A DNA stretch of 64,000 nt from Lepidodermella squamata. Taxonomy: Eukaryota > Animalia > Gastrotricha. A program made the translations under genes and the position numbers. This document shows, piece after piece, positions 23,930-37,413 of this stretch. Location of the stretch: assembly GCA_047495785.1 (NCBI GenBank), contig JBLDXI010000054.1:992001-1056000 (forward strand), read 5' to 3'. Position 1 is the stretch's first letter, and each line of letters opens with the position of its first letter. A model generated the notes under the pieces. The model made no database searches, was not told the origin of the DNA, and worked only from the letters and a program-made list of their open reading frames with translations.

Positions 23930-26900
23930 TCAAGCTGTGTTGCTTTTTCGTAAGAATGGCTATATGTGAAAATAAGAATCGATTAAGCCATGTAGATGAA
24001 GCCCCAATTTTTCATACCTTCATGACCGCTGTCGCCACAATGTTGACTGCGACAAAAATCAGAACCACGCTTGAAATCAACGCGTACGAGAAGTCAACCT
24101 TGCCGACGACGCCTGGTACGATATCGCTCTTCAAGCATTTTGCCGGGGCTTCAACGGTCGTCTCTTCCCCAGAAATGCTAAGGGAAGCTAGGAAACCACC
24201 AGCGACTACGAGCATTACCTCGCAATAAACAGCTACTGACATGTTTTTCAGATCCCGAGCATAAGATGAGCTTTTACTCTGAGAAAAAATTATTTAGGAT
24301 GTTTACATCAAATTTTTCCTAAACTCACCCATCCTTGTCTCCCGTGATAAGACCCGTAGGCAACGTAGAAGAAGAGCACCAATTGGGTTCCAGCAAGAGT
24401 GGCTATCAGCCCCAAACTAGCAGGATTGCCGAACAAATCTTCGAAGACATTGCAATGGTACTGGTAAGGTATCAATGTGACTGTTGGATCGGTTTTATCG
24501 AGATCGAAACAAGTTATCGAAGTTGTGAATGGGTTGACAAAGAATGCAGCAGTCAGCAATCCGACCTGGGCCAATGTCCAGATTATGGCAAAATAGCCCT
24601 TGCCAACTTGCTTGCCGAGCTCAGTGACCTCCATCTTAGGCGTAGAAGCGGTCGACATAACTGACTTGGCTCTGGAAACTGGCCGCTGCATTTGGCTCAG
24701 CCGATTGTTCGACTTTGAAATTTGGATGTTTAAATGATTATTATTATACATTCCAGTAGGGACGGTATGCACGTGGCTAATGTGGCCGAACAGGGACGAT
24801 CTGCCAAGTTTCGTAAGGTAACCACTCAACACGAGCGATAGCCCAATTACCAGGAGATAAACAATAGCCAAACAGTTGTATTTGATGGCATACGTCGGAT
24901 CTTCGCTTGGGAGGGCTAAAACAAGGCCTAGCAGTATGATATCTCCAAACAGCACGATTTTATCGCCGCGATGAAGGGAGAATTTCTTGAAACATGATGG
25001 TTTCAAGTGTTTCACCAACCCCACTAGCAAACAACCGAGGCAAACCACAATCTGGACCAACGCGATTACAAAAAAAGTTAGCCTCGTATTTGGCTTCATC
25101 GCCGGCAGTTTGATCAGCATTTTGATAGCTTGATCTTTAGGAGGCAAGCCGTCGCGGGTATTCCATCGCAGTTTCAGGATGTAGATGCCGAGAGGGTCGC
25201 TGTGCTTGTAGTAAGCTGCAACTTGGAATTTGGTCCCGTCTGCGAGGGATTGGATGAAAGTGATCGGGACGTATCCAGCCGTGAGATTTGTCTGTCTACT
25301 GATTCCGTATTCGCCCTTAATACCGGTGAAATTCATTGTATAAACTGCTTCCGACCACATTTTCATGATTTCGCTCCCGTTGTTTTTGAAGTTTTTTGAT
25401 GAAGTGAACCAGTCTGACAGCGTTTGGTTTCCTGTTTGGAAATGTTCATGCTTAAATTACTCGGTTGGTCAAGAAATTAGTGATAATTTATACTATGTGA
25501 ACACGCAACTCCCCACTTTTCTTGGTGTAGTCTGCGAAGTAGGACCCCTGAGCTTTCGGCAAGCTCTCGAAACAAAGATTCCACCCTGTGGTTTTGCGGA
25601 TTTTCTTGCATGGAATTCTCAAGATCCCGTTCCCGTCTATACCTTCGCCCTTAGCGTTGGGCAATCGACGACTGAAAAACGAGTAACTATCGGTTCAATT
25701 TTAGTTGTCACCTCAAAGCAAATTGGGCTCCTTGTTCCTTTACAGTATGATAAGCGAACAATTTGCAAAACCTTGGGATTCACCAACCTCAGCAAATCTT
25801 CCACCGCAACGCAACCTAACCTAGTCCGAAACCTATCTCCGAAACCTAGGCTTCGAAGAAAGGTTCGCACGTACGCTTTGGAAAGTCCGCAAATTGGAAT
25901 TTTCTTTGGTTCATATTAGTCACGTTCTCTTCCGAGAATTGAGGATATCTTGGAATAGATTGGAGGCCAAAGAACATACATAGCTCCTAACGCCCTTGGG
26001 TTGGAAATATAACCCAAAGTCAAATTCCCTTACACGACAGCACAATCGAAATTAGCCAACTAAGGCTCTCCAGACAATTATTTAGGAATGTCTTGAAGCC
26101 AGAAACTTACGCTTATTCAAGTAATTCTCGGCTGATTGAAGAATGAACCCAGTGCTGAGCGCTCGATCGTAACAAATTTGCGGCCAATATTCCCACAGGA
26201 GATGCGTCTCCGGCTTCTCAATGCGATTCTTGAGTTCAGCCACGAGTTTCGGCTCAGTTCCACCGCTTGAATCTGGATATTCGAGCCCGAATACATCTGA
26301 CATCTGCGTATCGCCGTAGTAGAAGATATTAGTACCACTTAGCACGACCTGCATGAACATATCTCGAGTGCACCACTTTTGAACCGCCGGCCAAATGCGA
26401 GCTGTTGGGGATACACGTTGGTACCAGGACAGGCCGAAGAACACATAGTCAGGCCCATACATGCCGAGTCTATACATCCAACACATGACGGCGGCATGCT
26501 GCGCTCCGTTATAGATTATGATTCTAGGGTCACTCCGCTTCATCTCCTCGAAATTGTCGGCATCGACTTGTTCGGAGTAGAAAACCTTCCCCATCCAAAC
26601 AATGTCAATTTTCTCGTTCTCCAAGTTTTCGATGAGACCAGGGTCCATCTAAACACATAAATAGCTCGTTAAAGAACTGAAAATCACGTATAATCATACC
26701 ATATTCTCGTACGATCTAAAAGTTGACGGGATTCCAACTTTAGTCCACCCCATTTTGCGGCACAATTTAGCTAGAGCAATGTATTGGATATCGCCTCTAT
26801 GGCCGAGGATGTAGTAGTTTCTTAGTCGTTCCCGCTCTTTGTACAGTCGAATGGAACCTTGAGCTAGGGTCATACCCATGAAGTTGTAGTTCTGCATCAT

Positions 26901-27374
26901 CGCTGCCGATATCAATTGACCCTTTTCGGCATCACACTCGCCGATAACGATCATCGGAATCAAGTTTTCAGCTTCGTATCGGTTTTCGAGCAGTCTGGTG
27001 AACGAGTTCAGGATAGTTGCATCGTCGCACTAGTAAAGAAAGTGAATTTTACGATACTCCTTGTTATCTCAATTTACCTCATCTTCGACGAAATCTAGAA
27101 CCAATTCGTATTTCGTGAGCATCCCCGGCATTCTCCTGAGTTGATCCAGCGCGATTCTTTTAGCTTCCATGCACGGCAGACCAAGTGGGACCGAGCAATT
27201 AAAGGAAATTGCCATGATTACGTGAATTTTCGTTCTGTTGAGCTGATCTGACATGTTATACGCGAAAGATGTCCCATATTTAGGTAAGGGAGTCGTGTAC
27301 AAGCCTAATTTTTGTGACTTGACATCTGACCCTAGCAGAGCCAAGGCTGCAAAGACGCAAACCAGGTTCCACAT
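23930..27374 (-). CDS. Class C GPCR family A gene A3 (6 exons)
   Basis: Colinear with A1/A2; starts MWNLVCVF, ends MK|PFLRKSNTA*; lacks the intron in YNFMG-MTLAQG; ~680-nt intron at ~25432-26110. Confidence 0.88.
25530..25650. mobile_element. Degenerate MITE copy inside the long A3 intron
   Basis: GCGAAGTAGGAC..CCCTGTGGTTTT..TACCTTCGCCC. Confidence 0.45.
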
Positions 27375-28524
27375 CGATATTTCTAGGAAGGTTATTCTGA
27401 TTGAAGACGTTTATTGCTTGTCTGTGGAAAATGTCGAGGATAGTGGCGATACCTGCCTATTTATAGGCGCTTTCTTTTAGCAATTCGATGCATCATTTGA
27501 TGATTTATACTTGACGCTAAACATATATGCACCGCTGCTGTATCAGGTTCCCTGCGTCTTGTCATTAAGTTCCTAAAAATGACATTGATGGCTTGTGAGA
27601 AATCACGATCCTGGTATTTTGCGAGCTTCTTTAACAGACGTTAGTGGGCTGATCTGTTGTCGGAAGCACGTTTATAGACTGGGCTTGGTGGATAACGAAG
27701 CTAATTCAGTACGCTGATTCGCCTCTCACAAATTCAAGGTACACAAGATAAAATATCGCAATGTTTTTGATATGCATCAAGAAAAGGGAAGAATATTCAA
27801 TATTCGCATAACGCTGAAATGAGTCACAATCGAAAACCATGTTCTGCGAATGTTATCGATACCAAACAGCCCTTTTCCTCCATGAACGAGCTGTGAGCTT
27901 CCAGCCCCCAGCTTTACAGTTCCTTGTTCCTTCCTTGGTTTAATAAGGTGTCAACACTTTACCCAAGAGAAATCCGAGAGCAGTCTCTAAAAGCTACTGG
28001 GTTGCGAATTTCTGTTTTCAGTTCTAGCCCATTTTGCGAGATTTCTATGCGAAATTTACCAGAAGAGATAAAGAGGGGCTAGCTTTGTGTTTGAATATCA
28101 ATCCTGCTATTCCTTCAACGCAAGTTCCTGGTTGTTTCATGGAGGAGATTGCCAAGTATTCTTCTTAAGCCCGATGAAACCCAGTCTGCTAAACAGCTGC
28201 TAAATTTGATGGCAAGCCATCATAACAGCAAATACCTAAAACAGCAAACGCGACGTGACAGCAGAAGCACGATGTATCTTTTACATGATAGATTTTTGCT
28301 ACTTTATCGTGAAAAATCCTGTTCTGTCGCATTTGCTATTCTGAGAATTTGCTGTTTTGTCGCCGTGCCAATTTGCCCACAGTTAAATTATGTCGATATT
28401 TGTGCCCCATACTGTAATTTTACATTTATTTTATTTAAGAGTTCGTTGTGAACAATTATTCCAGGTAATGCCACATGATTCAGTGATTTTAAAGCCCAAG
28501 ATCGCCATCGCTTGCTTCGCATTT

Positions 28525-31259
28525 TCAAGGTCGAGATTTCTTTACGAATCTACTGCCACGGAGATTTGGAACAGAATTTCGGTTAGCAGCAAAACCGTCA
28601 TTCATAAGGTTCTCAGATTTTGATCCAGTTCGGCTTTTCTTCAATAAAAGCTAAATAAAGCTGAAGCAGGGCGTTTCGATAATAGTTGCAAACTTACTTT
28701 TAGGAAAGTGATGGGAACCAAATTGGCGAAAACAAACGGCAGAGTGAACGATGTGAATAGAATCAGAACATTCTCCGAGCGTTTTCGAGCCATCAGAGGG
28801 CCCAGAATCAATGCTGCAATCACGAGAGTTAACTTCAAATTCACAAAACGCGCCATGTTGTGAGCCTCTCTTCCCTGTAGGGTTTGCTTGAGCCTCTATT
28901 GAAAGAAAGTGTACAAATGATTCTGAAGCAATATAGTCAATCATACCTTATTAGCATGAACTCTCAATGATTGGAAGATTATCCTTAGAAACAATCCAAA
29001 TTGAAGAATAGCAATTATAACTGTTATTGATAAACTGTCATATCGACCAAGAAAACTATCGATTATATCGCATTCAAAGCTGAACGGCTGATAAATCACA
29101 CTGGATGATTCATCATGTATCCTTTCCGAGAAAATTGCTATCGCGGATATCGGGTGCTTGCTTACTAAGCTTACCACCAGTCCGACATTGATTGCAGTCC
29201 AGGAGCCAGTGAAAACAAAGCTACCCTCTGAGAATTTCGGCGTATTTCGACCATATTCTGACTCGTGAGGTGGATACATGATGGACGGAGTATCTGAGCT
29301 CTTTCGCCCTGGTCTTTGAAGGCTAAAGTGCGAACTCACGATTGATGCTCTTGCGTCTTGGCGATAATTCAACTTCGATGAAATCCCACAGAGTATCAAA
29401 GATAGTCCGAGGACAACAAGAACAGGCATTAAGCTACAGTTAACGTAAATCTCTTCCCTATCCTCATTTATGGGTAAGGCGAAAGCATGGCTCAGTAGTA
29501 TGACATCCCCTATCAAAATGATAAGATCATCCCGTCTCAAGGTAAGTCGAATTAAGCTTGGCATCTTCTTATGAAATACGGCTAGTGTTATGAAACAGCA
29601 ACATATCACACTTTCTAACGCGGCTAGTACGATGAGTATCATTCCATTTTTGAACTTCAACATAGGTTCATTGACGAGGATGATTCTATCTTCATCGCGA
29701 GGTATTGCGCCACTTTTAGTATTCCACTTCAAATCCAATATCTTGAGAGGATCTTTCCCGTCATTTTGTTTGAGGTAAGCGGCAGTGGAAAAGCCTGAGT
29801 TGTTAGATAAGGTCCTTGTAAAGGTGATTGGAACGTATCCTTTTGTAAGGTCTGTCTCCCTATCAATCTCATACTCACCCTTGAGGCCTCTAAATTTTAG
29901 CCGGTAAGCCCCTTGTTTGATGAGTGAGACCATGTGGCTACCTTTGGCCACGAAATTCGATCCAGAAGTTACCCAATCTAACAAGGTTTGATTCCTCTCT
30001 TTGAGAACCTGTTCTGTTGAATGAATTAGCTGTCCTATGGCTAATGCCCTGTCGTAACAGATGACAGGCCAGTAATCCCAGTTGTCATTCTTCTCAGGGC
30101 TATCAATCCTATCCTTGAGCCTACTTCTCATTTCTTGCTCAGATATCCCAGTGGAGTCTACAGTTTGAGGTCCGAAAACATCTCCAAGGGTTGTATCGCC
30201 GTAGTAGATGAAACTCGGCGCGACTTTGAGAATTATTTTCTCAGTACACCACGATCCTGCTCGGCTTGTAATCGCAACACCAGGCGCGAGCCACGGAAAC
30301 CAAGCTAAGGAAAACACAACGTATCGAGGCCCGTACATCTCCATGCGATACAGCCAGCAGGCCACCGCGGTCGGTCTCGGGCTCTGAGAGATGATGATTC
30401 GAGGCTCGCGGCGTTTCATCTCTTCAAAGTCTTGATAATTGCTCTCAGGATCTCCGTACGAGATGTGCGCTTTGCCCATCCATGATATCGTGATATTCGC
30501 TTCCTCTAAAGCCATTACTAGAGGCGGGTCCATCTGTAAGGTAACATTAAGCTTAACATATTGAGCTTAAATTATGTGGCTACTCACCATATTAGCGTAT
30601 GCATTTATGTCTGAGAGTACGGCGACTTTTGTCCAGCCCATTTTTCTTATGAAATTTGCCAGGGCGATGTACTGGATATCGCCTCGTTGACCGAAGTTTA
30701 TGTAGTTGGGTAGGCGATTTCGTTCAAGATACAGTCGATTAGTTCCTTGGGCTAATGTGATCTTAAGGCACACAGAGTTATAACAGAGTAAAATTACATG
30801 GAAATTTCAACTCACTGCAAGAAAATTGAACTGCCGTACTAAGGAAGCTGATATAAACTGCCCAATCTGCTCGTCGCATTCGGGGGCCACGAAAACTGGC
30901 AATAGATTTTGCGCATCAGCGTTGAATCGCAAATTTATCGCTAGGCTGCTCGCTATGGTAGCGTCCTGGCAGTTATCCTCAACCAGATCAAGCACCAGTT
31001 CATAGTTAGGTAGCCATTTTTCATTTGATCGAAGCTGGTCTAAAGCGACGCCCATAGCTTCACTACAAGGCGGGCCTGTTGGGAACCCGCCAGCGTAAGA
31101 TATCGACATAAGAACGTGTACCAGGGTCCGATTCTTGGCAGCTGCATTCGCGAACTCTGCAGAGGCCTGGTATTGAGGTATCGGGTCGTCTAAAGATATT
31201 TTGACTGGCCTTACTGCGGGAAGAAAAGTCAGAATAGCTAAAACAAATAAGTTCGCCAT
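28525..31259 (-). CDS. Class C GPCR family A gene A4, most divergent member (5 exons)
   Basis: MANLFVL signal peptide; GGFPTGPPCSEAMGVALDQLRSNEKWLPNYELVLDLVEDNC; WDYWPVICYDRAL; seven TMs; last exon LLLKKSRTG..KKSRP*. Confidence 0.85.
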
Positions 31260-32110
31260 CTTCAACTAGAAAATGAATGACTGACCAAGACATTCAACTG
31301 ACGTCGCGAGATCATTCGGACGTGTTCAAGTCAGAGCGTGACCACTCTAGCCGAATTAAAAGTTTATTTTAATCAACAATTACTCCTACGCAGTCTTCAT
31401 TCCTGAGTTGTTCGAAATATGCGAGACGCAACTCTTCATTGTATTAGGAAAACACAATTCTTTCTTTGAATTACGCGCTCAGTCAAAACATCACATCAGC
31501 TGAGTGCATATTTTCTCAATTTTGAAGATTAATTTTATTATTTGAGTGAGGTCCAGAGGAAATGTACTAAACTTAGAAAAAAGGCGCGCTGTAGTCTTTT
31601 TCCCGGACACAATGCTCAGCAAAAAGATGAAAATGTGGGTTGTTTTTTTATTTTTTGATGCTCAACTGAAGGACGGCTCTATTATTAGAATTTATATTTA
31701 GACGCAATATGTTTCACTGATCTCCTTCCCAGGCCGCGATTTTCCTTAGTCATGAGCCGTAATTGATTTGAACTCGAAAGGTATTCTCTATCATGAAATT
31801 TCCTCCTCGGAGGGCGTAACGCGTAACAAATTCACGGAGACTAATTAGCCGATAAGAATTCAGCACTCAGCCAGGGCAGGCAAAAAACACATTCTCTACA
31901 CACTAGTAATACACATCATAATAATATCCTCAAACAGAGCAATGTAACACATTGCCGCACTGATTCATTGTGTGGGCGACAGCAGGACCACGCGCAATAA
32001 CGCAAATTTATTCGCAACAAACAATAAATTGTGGGGCTGTAAAAATACCTGCTGCATAGTGCGAAAGTTTGAACTCGTTTCCTATAGCAATGACTTTATA
32101 ATTATTCAAC

Positions 32111-35100
32111 ATGTGCGACGTTTGCCTGAAAGCTTTCAAGCTCCCTGGTAGCAAGAAGAAGCAGCGAGAGTCGTCCTTTTCCAGGCGTGAAGAGCGAGCT
32201 GAGCAGAATGCGGCGATTCGTGGTTGGCTTGATAGATCGCGCGATAGCTTAAACAGCGATAAAATCAATGACGACTTATTACAATACTCAAGCCGCCTTA
32301 ATGAGCTCACTTTACGACCTCAAAACTGCAGTAAAAATGTCGAGCAACTGCTGCAAGATGAAATGGGCCTGTCCAGCTGTAAAGGGATTGATTTACGAAT
32401 TTTTGAAAAATTACGCGAGCTGTGGAAGCTCGCTCCAATGGTGGCAGATCGATTCTTCTGCCAAATTACGTACGAACATGGCGTAGTCAAGCCGATCATG
32501 GAGTCGCAGGATTCAACCACCCAACGATCGTTGCGGCCCAAAATTTGGTTGGTTCTATTCGATGTGGTCGCTCTAGGCTCGCCGGATCTTGATATTAAGG
32601 AGGACCGAAGGCTAGCAGCGAATGATTACGTTGACATTTGCAACGAATGGTTAACATTATCTGGCCAAAACGGGCAGTCTATGATGCTTCTGGTCAAGGC
32701 CCCGCCTAAACCTAAGCGGAAGCCGTCGAAAAAGGAGCGAAAGCAGAAATTAGCAGCTCGATCTGCAATTTTGTCGAATCAATTATTGAATGAAGATCCG
32801 ACTCGAGTTATCAAGAGAAGGCAGACTATTGCCGAGTTGTTTGATTCTGTAAAATCGAAACTTACGCCTAATGTTAAGCGTTCGGAGACTCAGCCCGCCA
32901 AAGCGATGACTTTACCCCGACCCAGCTCGAAAGAGCCAGATTTGCCGCCGAAATCACCAGATTTTGAGCCTAGCATTTTGAACAGTCCTGAAATCCTTAA
33001 GGCTACACTAGGGAAATTCGACGAGCCGAAGCCTGAGACAGCGCCAGTTAAACGGAGGCATACGATCAACGAAGCCCCGAAGAATGAGGTCACTCTCCGA
33101 GAGAATCCGAGGAACAAAACTATTGAGATCATCTTCTCGGCTAGCGATACTGAAAAGCCGAAGGAGAGAAGTAAGTCTCTCGAGAGTTCGACGCCCCTCT
33201 TCGATACGGAGAAGCCAGTTGTTGAGAGGCGGAAGACTACCCAAGTAATTTCGAACAGCCTCGGAAGGCCGTTGTCTAGAATTGATGAAAACGAGCAGAT
33301 ATCATCCGGTCAGCCGAAACGGGCTCATACCACGCAAGTTCTACTATCAGCCAAGGACCCAGAGCCCGAATTGGAGGAAGACACGAAATTTGAATTTCCT
33401 CCCCCACCAACCGACGTCAATAAGGCCCCAACGAAGAAGGAAGATGAGCTGACGAACAAAAAGCCTGGTCATCGATTGAAGAAACTCTTGGATAAGCTAA
33501 CGAAGAAAAGACCCGTGGATTCTCCTTCCGATTCGTCAGATGATGAGAAGAAACCGACATATCAGGCTGAGGTTGCCGTGATTCCATCGACCCCTGCTGT
33601 CACCATGGATTCATCTCTTAAGTCACTGGAAGAGGAGAAGAAGCCTACCTACAAGGCTGACGTCTTGGTTATTCCATCAATCCCAGCTGATACGAAAGAC
33701 GAGGTTGCGAATTCACCAAAAGAGGAGCAGAATCATACTTACAAGGCCGATGTTTTGGTGATTCAGTCAACTCCAGCTGTTACGAAGGGAGAAGAGGAAG
33801 ACTCCAGCTCTGAGTCCTTCCCTCCTCCGCCTTCACTCGAACCTCCCTCTCAAGAGATCGATGAAATCCATATACCATCTGAAAGAAGAGCGACAGCAGT
33901 TCCCAACAAGCCTCGCAAAATTCCTAATCGAAATGCATCTCTCCCAGGCAAAACCCAGCCGTCTCCTTTCTACTTCCGATTAAGCGCCGACCTTAGTGAA
34001 GTCGAGAGGCAACAGCGCCAGTTGCGGATCGAAAGTGAGCCGATTGTAATTCCGATGAAAGCTCCGCCCCCTTTGAATATGATGCCGCACCCGAGGTCTT
34101 ACAGTTCTTCTTCCGATGAAGACGGTAAAATAACCGAAGCGGTGTTCCATGACGGGAGACGAGTCTCGGCTGATACCGGCCATCCAAGGCCGAGAGCTTA
34201 CAAAAAGCATGAAAGGCGAGGGACTTTTGACGCGCAATGTCCGCTCCATGGAACTGTTCAGATAACAGCAAGCCCTGTCAACAAGGCTCAACAAAAGAGC
34301 GCTCGTAGGAGGCATCAAACTGAAAGCGATTTACCCGTTAAGGTGGAAAAAGAGCCGATACAGCAAGGCGAGAGGTACAATACCATTAATGTCTTAATGA
34401 ACCTTGGATACGAGGAGAAGCCTTATCGTCAACCGGCCAGACCTGAGCAACCTCAAAATCGGAGGAAAACCGAGAGCGATATCGCTATTCCCGTTGCAAA
34501 ACCCGAACCAAAGGCAAGCTATCGATCAAAGACACTTGAATTCCCGTCGAAGAGAGAGCCCACGCCAAAAGCAGTGGAGGATCCAGTCGCAAACCGGCCT
34601 TATACCCCAATCATGTTAACCCCGCCCGAATGTCGGGTGCGAGCTTTATCTTCACCGAGAAACGACGCTTTCGAACAGGTTCAATCAAAGCGAAATAGCG
34701 ATCCGAAAGCTGCGATGAAAAAGCCGAAACGGGTCGATTCAATTCAACGTTATCGAAACATGGCGAAACGAGCTGAGGGGAAATATAGCGTTACTACTGT
34801 TTCTTTGCCTAGAACACAACGAGCCGAACGTGTTTTACGACGTCATACTGAATCCACTTTGCAGAGGGATGAGATTCAAGCTTTGAAGCGGTCTTTCAGC
34901 GCAAAGGCTCGCGTTTGGATGGAGGAACTCGAAAACTCACTAGAAAGTGCTAGTTTGATGAGTGAGCCTGTTGTTCGAAGGCCAGTAAACCGGGAGAACC
35001 CGTTTCCATTACCTCCTCACTACCATTCAAGCGATTCTGACTCAGAAACATCCCCGGAATCGGCCTATTCAACAGACGATGAAGACATCTCTGGGATACC

Positions 35101-36107
35101 ACGGCGAAGAGCATCTCGACTAGAACGCAACTCATCAATCGGTCGAACTATAGACAGATGTTTGACTGCGAATCGATGGCAGAGGATTGTTCAAGCAGTG
35201 GATGATGATTTAGCGACGAATTGTCATCTGAAACAAAGCATTTTCGCGATGAATGACCGAAAACCGATGCTACGTCGCATTGTCCTATCCTACCTATGGC
35301 GAAATCGCACTCAGAATGCCGAGGGCGAGCTTGGCAATGTTGGCGGCTATGTGAAGGGCATGTGCAACATTGCGATTCCCTTTCTATACAAATTTCAGTC
35401 GCGAGCGAATTTCAATGATCAAGCCGAGGCATTTGCCTACTACTGCGTCTGTGGAGTTCTAGACGCGATCCACGCAAATTTCGACCAGGCCGGGCTTGGC
35501 GATGCAAGCTTCATGGACCATCTCAAAATGATTGTTGAGCTGTTCGATTCCGAGTTGCACCAAAAGCTTTTGGGCGAAACTGGCGATACTCAAACCTCTG
35601 ATTATTTGAAAGGAACCTTGGCGAAACAAAGGGCGGAGAAAGCTGCCGTTTTGAAGTTTTTCGTCAATATCCCGCAAATTTTCGCCTCTAGAAGTGATAC
35701 TCTAACCGTTTGGGAGACGCTCGTGGCAGCTGGTCAGGTTGAAACACCCTACTTCGGAGTTTTTCTATTAGCGGCAATACTCGAATATTATCGACGCGAT
35801 ATTTTCAACGCGGCCTCTGAACAAAAAATTACTACTAGAACACTCACTTATGACAATGTTTTTCGTTTTTTGCTTGGTAAGTCCTTGGTAATTCTCTTGG
35901 CTATTCTAAATCGGATTTTTTGCAGAGAAGGGATCTAGGCAGAAGGCTGATGTTAACTTGGTTCTCGGCCTTGCTCGGCAATTCCTAGCCAGGGCCCGGC
36001 GAATGGGCGAGAAAACTAGGGCCAGCAGTGATTTTTTCAATGGTCGGTCGGTTTCGGCAGTTCAGCGAAACAGCGCTCAAGTGAAGCCTGAGATGACCAA
36101 ATTTTAG
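32111..36107 (+). CDS. TBC (Rab-GAP) domain protein, SGSM/RUTBC-like, with a very large low-complexity insert; exons 32111-35876 and ~35926-36107
   Basis: ITYEHGVV..SLRPKIWLVLF (TBC motif A); LRRIVLSYLW..GYVKGMCNIAIPFL (cf. SGSM LRNIMCSYVW..GYVQGMCDLLAPLL); TLTVWETL, FGVFLLAAILEYYRRDI; spliced tail DVNLVLGLARQF. Confidence 0.8.
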
Positions 36108-36579
36108 AGCTTGCAAAGATAGCCTTTCTATTACGATAACGCATTGCTTCTTCAATAAAACAACATAATTTCATAAGTTCAGTTTTGAGTTTTTGATTGA
36201 ACGCGGAACAACGGGGTGGCTAGAACCCTAGAACTAGGTGAGGACGTAGCAGAAAGCTCTGAGTCAAATGAGAGTCAAATATCAAACAAAAAATGTGGGA
36301 AAACACCGGGGATTCGCTTTATTTCCAGATCCAGGGTTTGTCGATTGAAACGTATTTTCTATTAGCTCCAACTAAAGCATTGCACGCTTAAGAAATAACT
36401 TCTTTACCTAGCCAAAACCAAAATAAAACCATCAAACGTATCGCAACCAACAAACTCTTATAACTCAACTCTCTTTGATATGCATTCGAAACTAATCTCT
36501 ATTATTGAACGCAGTCGTTTTGCTTTGTTAATTTTGCTCAGTTCAAGCCAAGATCAACGCCGAAATGGCATTTCAAGAA

Positions 36580-37413
36580 TCAACGTCGGTGAAAGCCATG
36601 AGACTGGGATGCCTTAAAATGACTGTTTGAATGAAAATGGCTGCCGTGAGACAACGAGTTGGAATGAAAGTGGCTGGGATGAGAGTGAAAACTGCTGTTA
36701 TATGGGTAAACAGATCCTCGCCTCGGCCAGTGATGGTGATGCCCGGGCCTGACCTGAATATTACTTCCAGCTCGGCCCAGCTCTTTGCCGCACTTCGGGC
36801 ATGTGTGGATAACTTCATAGTGTATTAATGAGTTTTGTTAAGAAGGATTTAGAATGTTCAGCCTACCGTCTTTGCAGCTATTAACCAGAAATGCGACGAA
36901 AAACAGGCTATTGACAGGGAAAAAGAAGGTTCAAAATAATGTAATAGTGCTTCACAATGCTTTCTTACGGTGGAAAGAAGCAAAAAAAGCAGATGCAGAA
37001 AAACCAGTTACGACCGCCTATTTTGTAGCTGATTTGCGTTTCCACTTCCTCATTGCAGCCATCACATTTCCAGTGTATTGAATTTCGAGAGTTATAAGGT
37101 GTTATAGCCGCGACAGCTGAATGAGAAAGGTCTGTCGTACACTAGCTATCAACACGTGCTTTTAATACCTGGCATTACTGCGATGACAGCTGGTTGAACG
37201 CCCATTGGCTGCTGCAAAACGGCAACACCACCAGGATAGCCAGGCGGATACGAATAAGCCGCATTGTTCGCTTTATTCAAATGATTATTGCGTAATATAA
37301 ACCAATATAAAATGTATACCTGGCATTCCTACGGTAACACTTGGTGGAGCCGTAGTTGAGACGCCAACTTCCCCAGTGTAACCAGGAGGGACAGGATAGC
37401 CTCTATTCGACAT
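36580..37413 (-). CDS. LITAF-like protein L3 with His/Ser-rich C-terminal tail (5 exons)
   Basis: MSNRGYPVPPGY..; YSYPPGYPGG; HWKCDGCNEEVETQISYKIGGRNWFFCICFFCFFPP; VIHTCPKCGKELGR..PGHHHHWPRR..FHSHPSHFHSNSLSHGSHFHSNSHF..GFHRR*. Confidence 0.88.

Noticed and set aside
25365-25919. 184-aa plus-strand ORF
   Set aside because: Antisense to A3 intron/exon, includes a MITE, no recognisable motifs
5413-31259. Assigning GABBR1/GABBR2 symbols or calling the short ORFs pseudogene fragments
   Set aside because: Ligand loops and coiled coil are not conserved, so orthology is unsupported; the fragments join in frame via GT-AG introns
32008-35677. Multiple antisense and alternate-frame ORFs within the TBC gene, and likewise within the GPCR genes
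   Set aside because: Shadow ORFs of real coding sequence with no independent support
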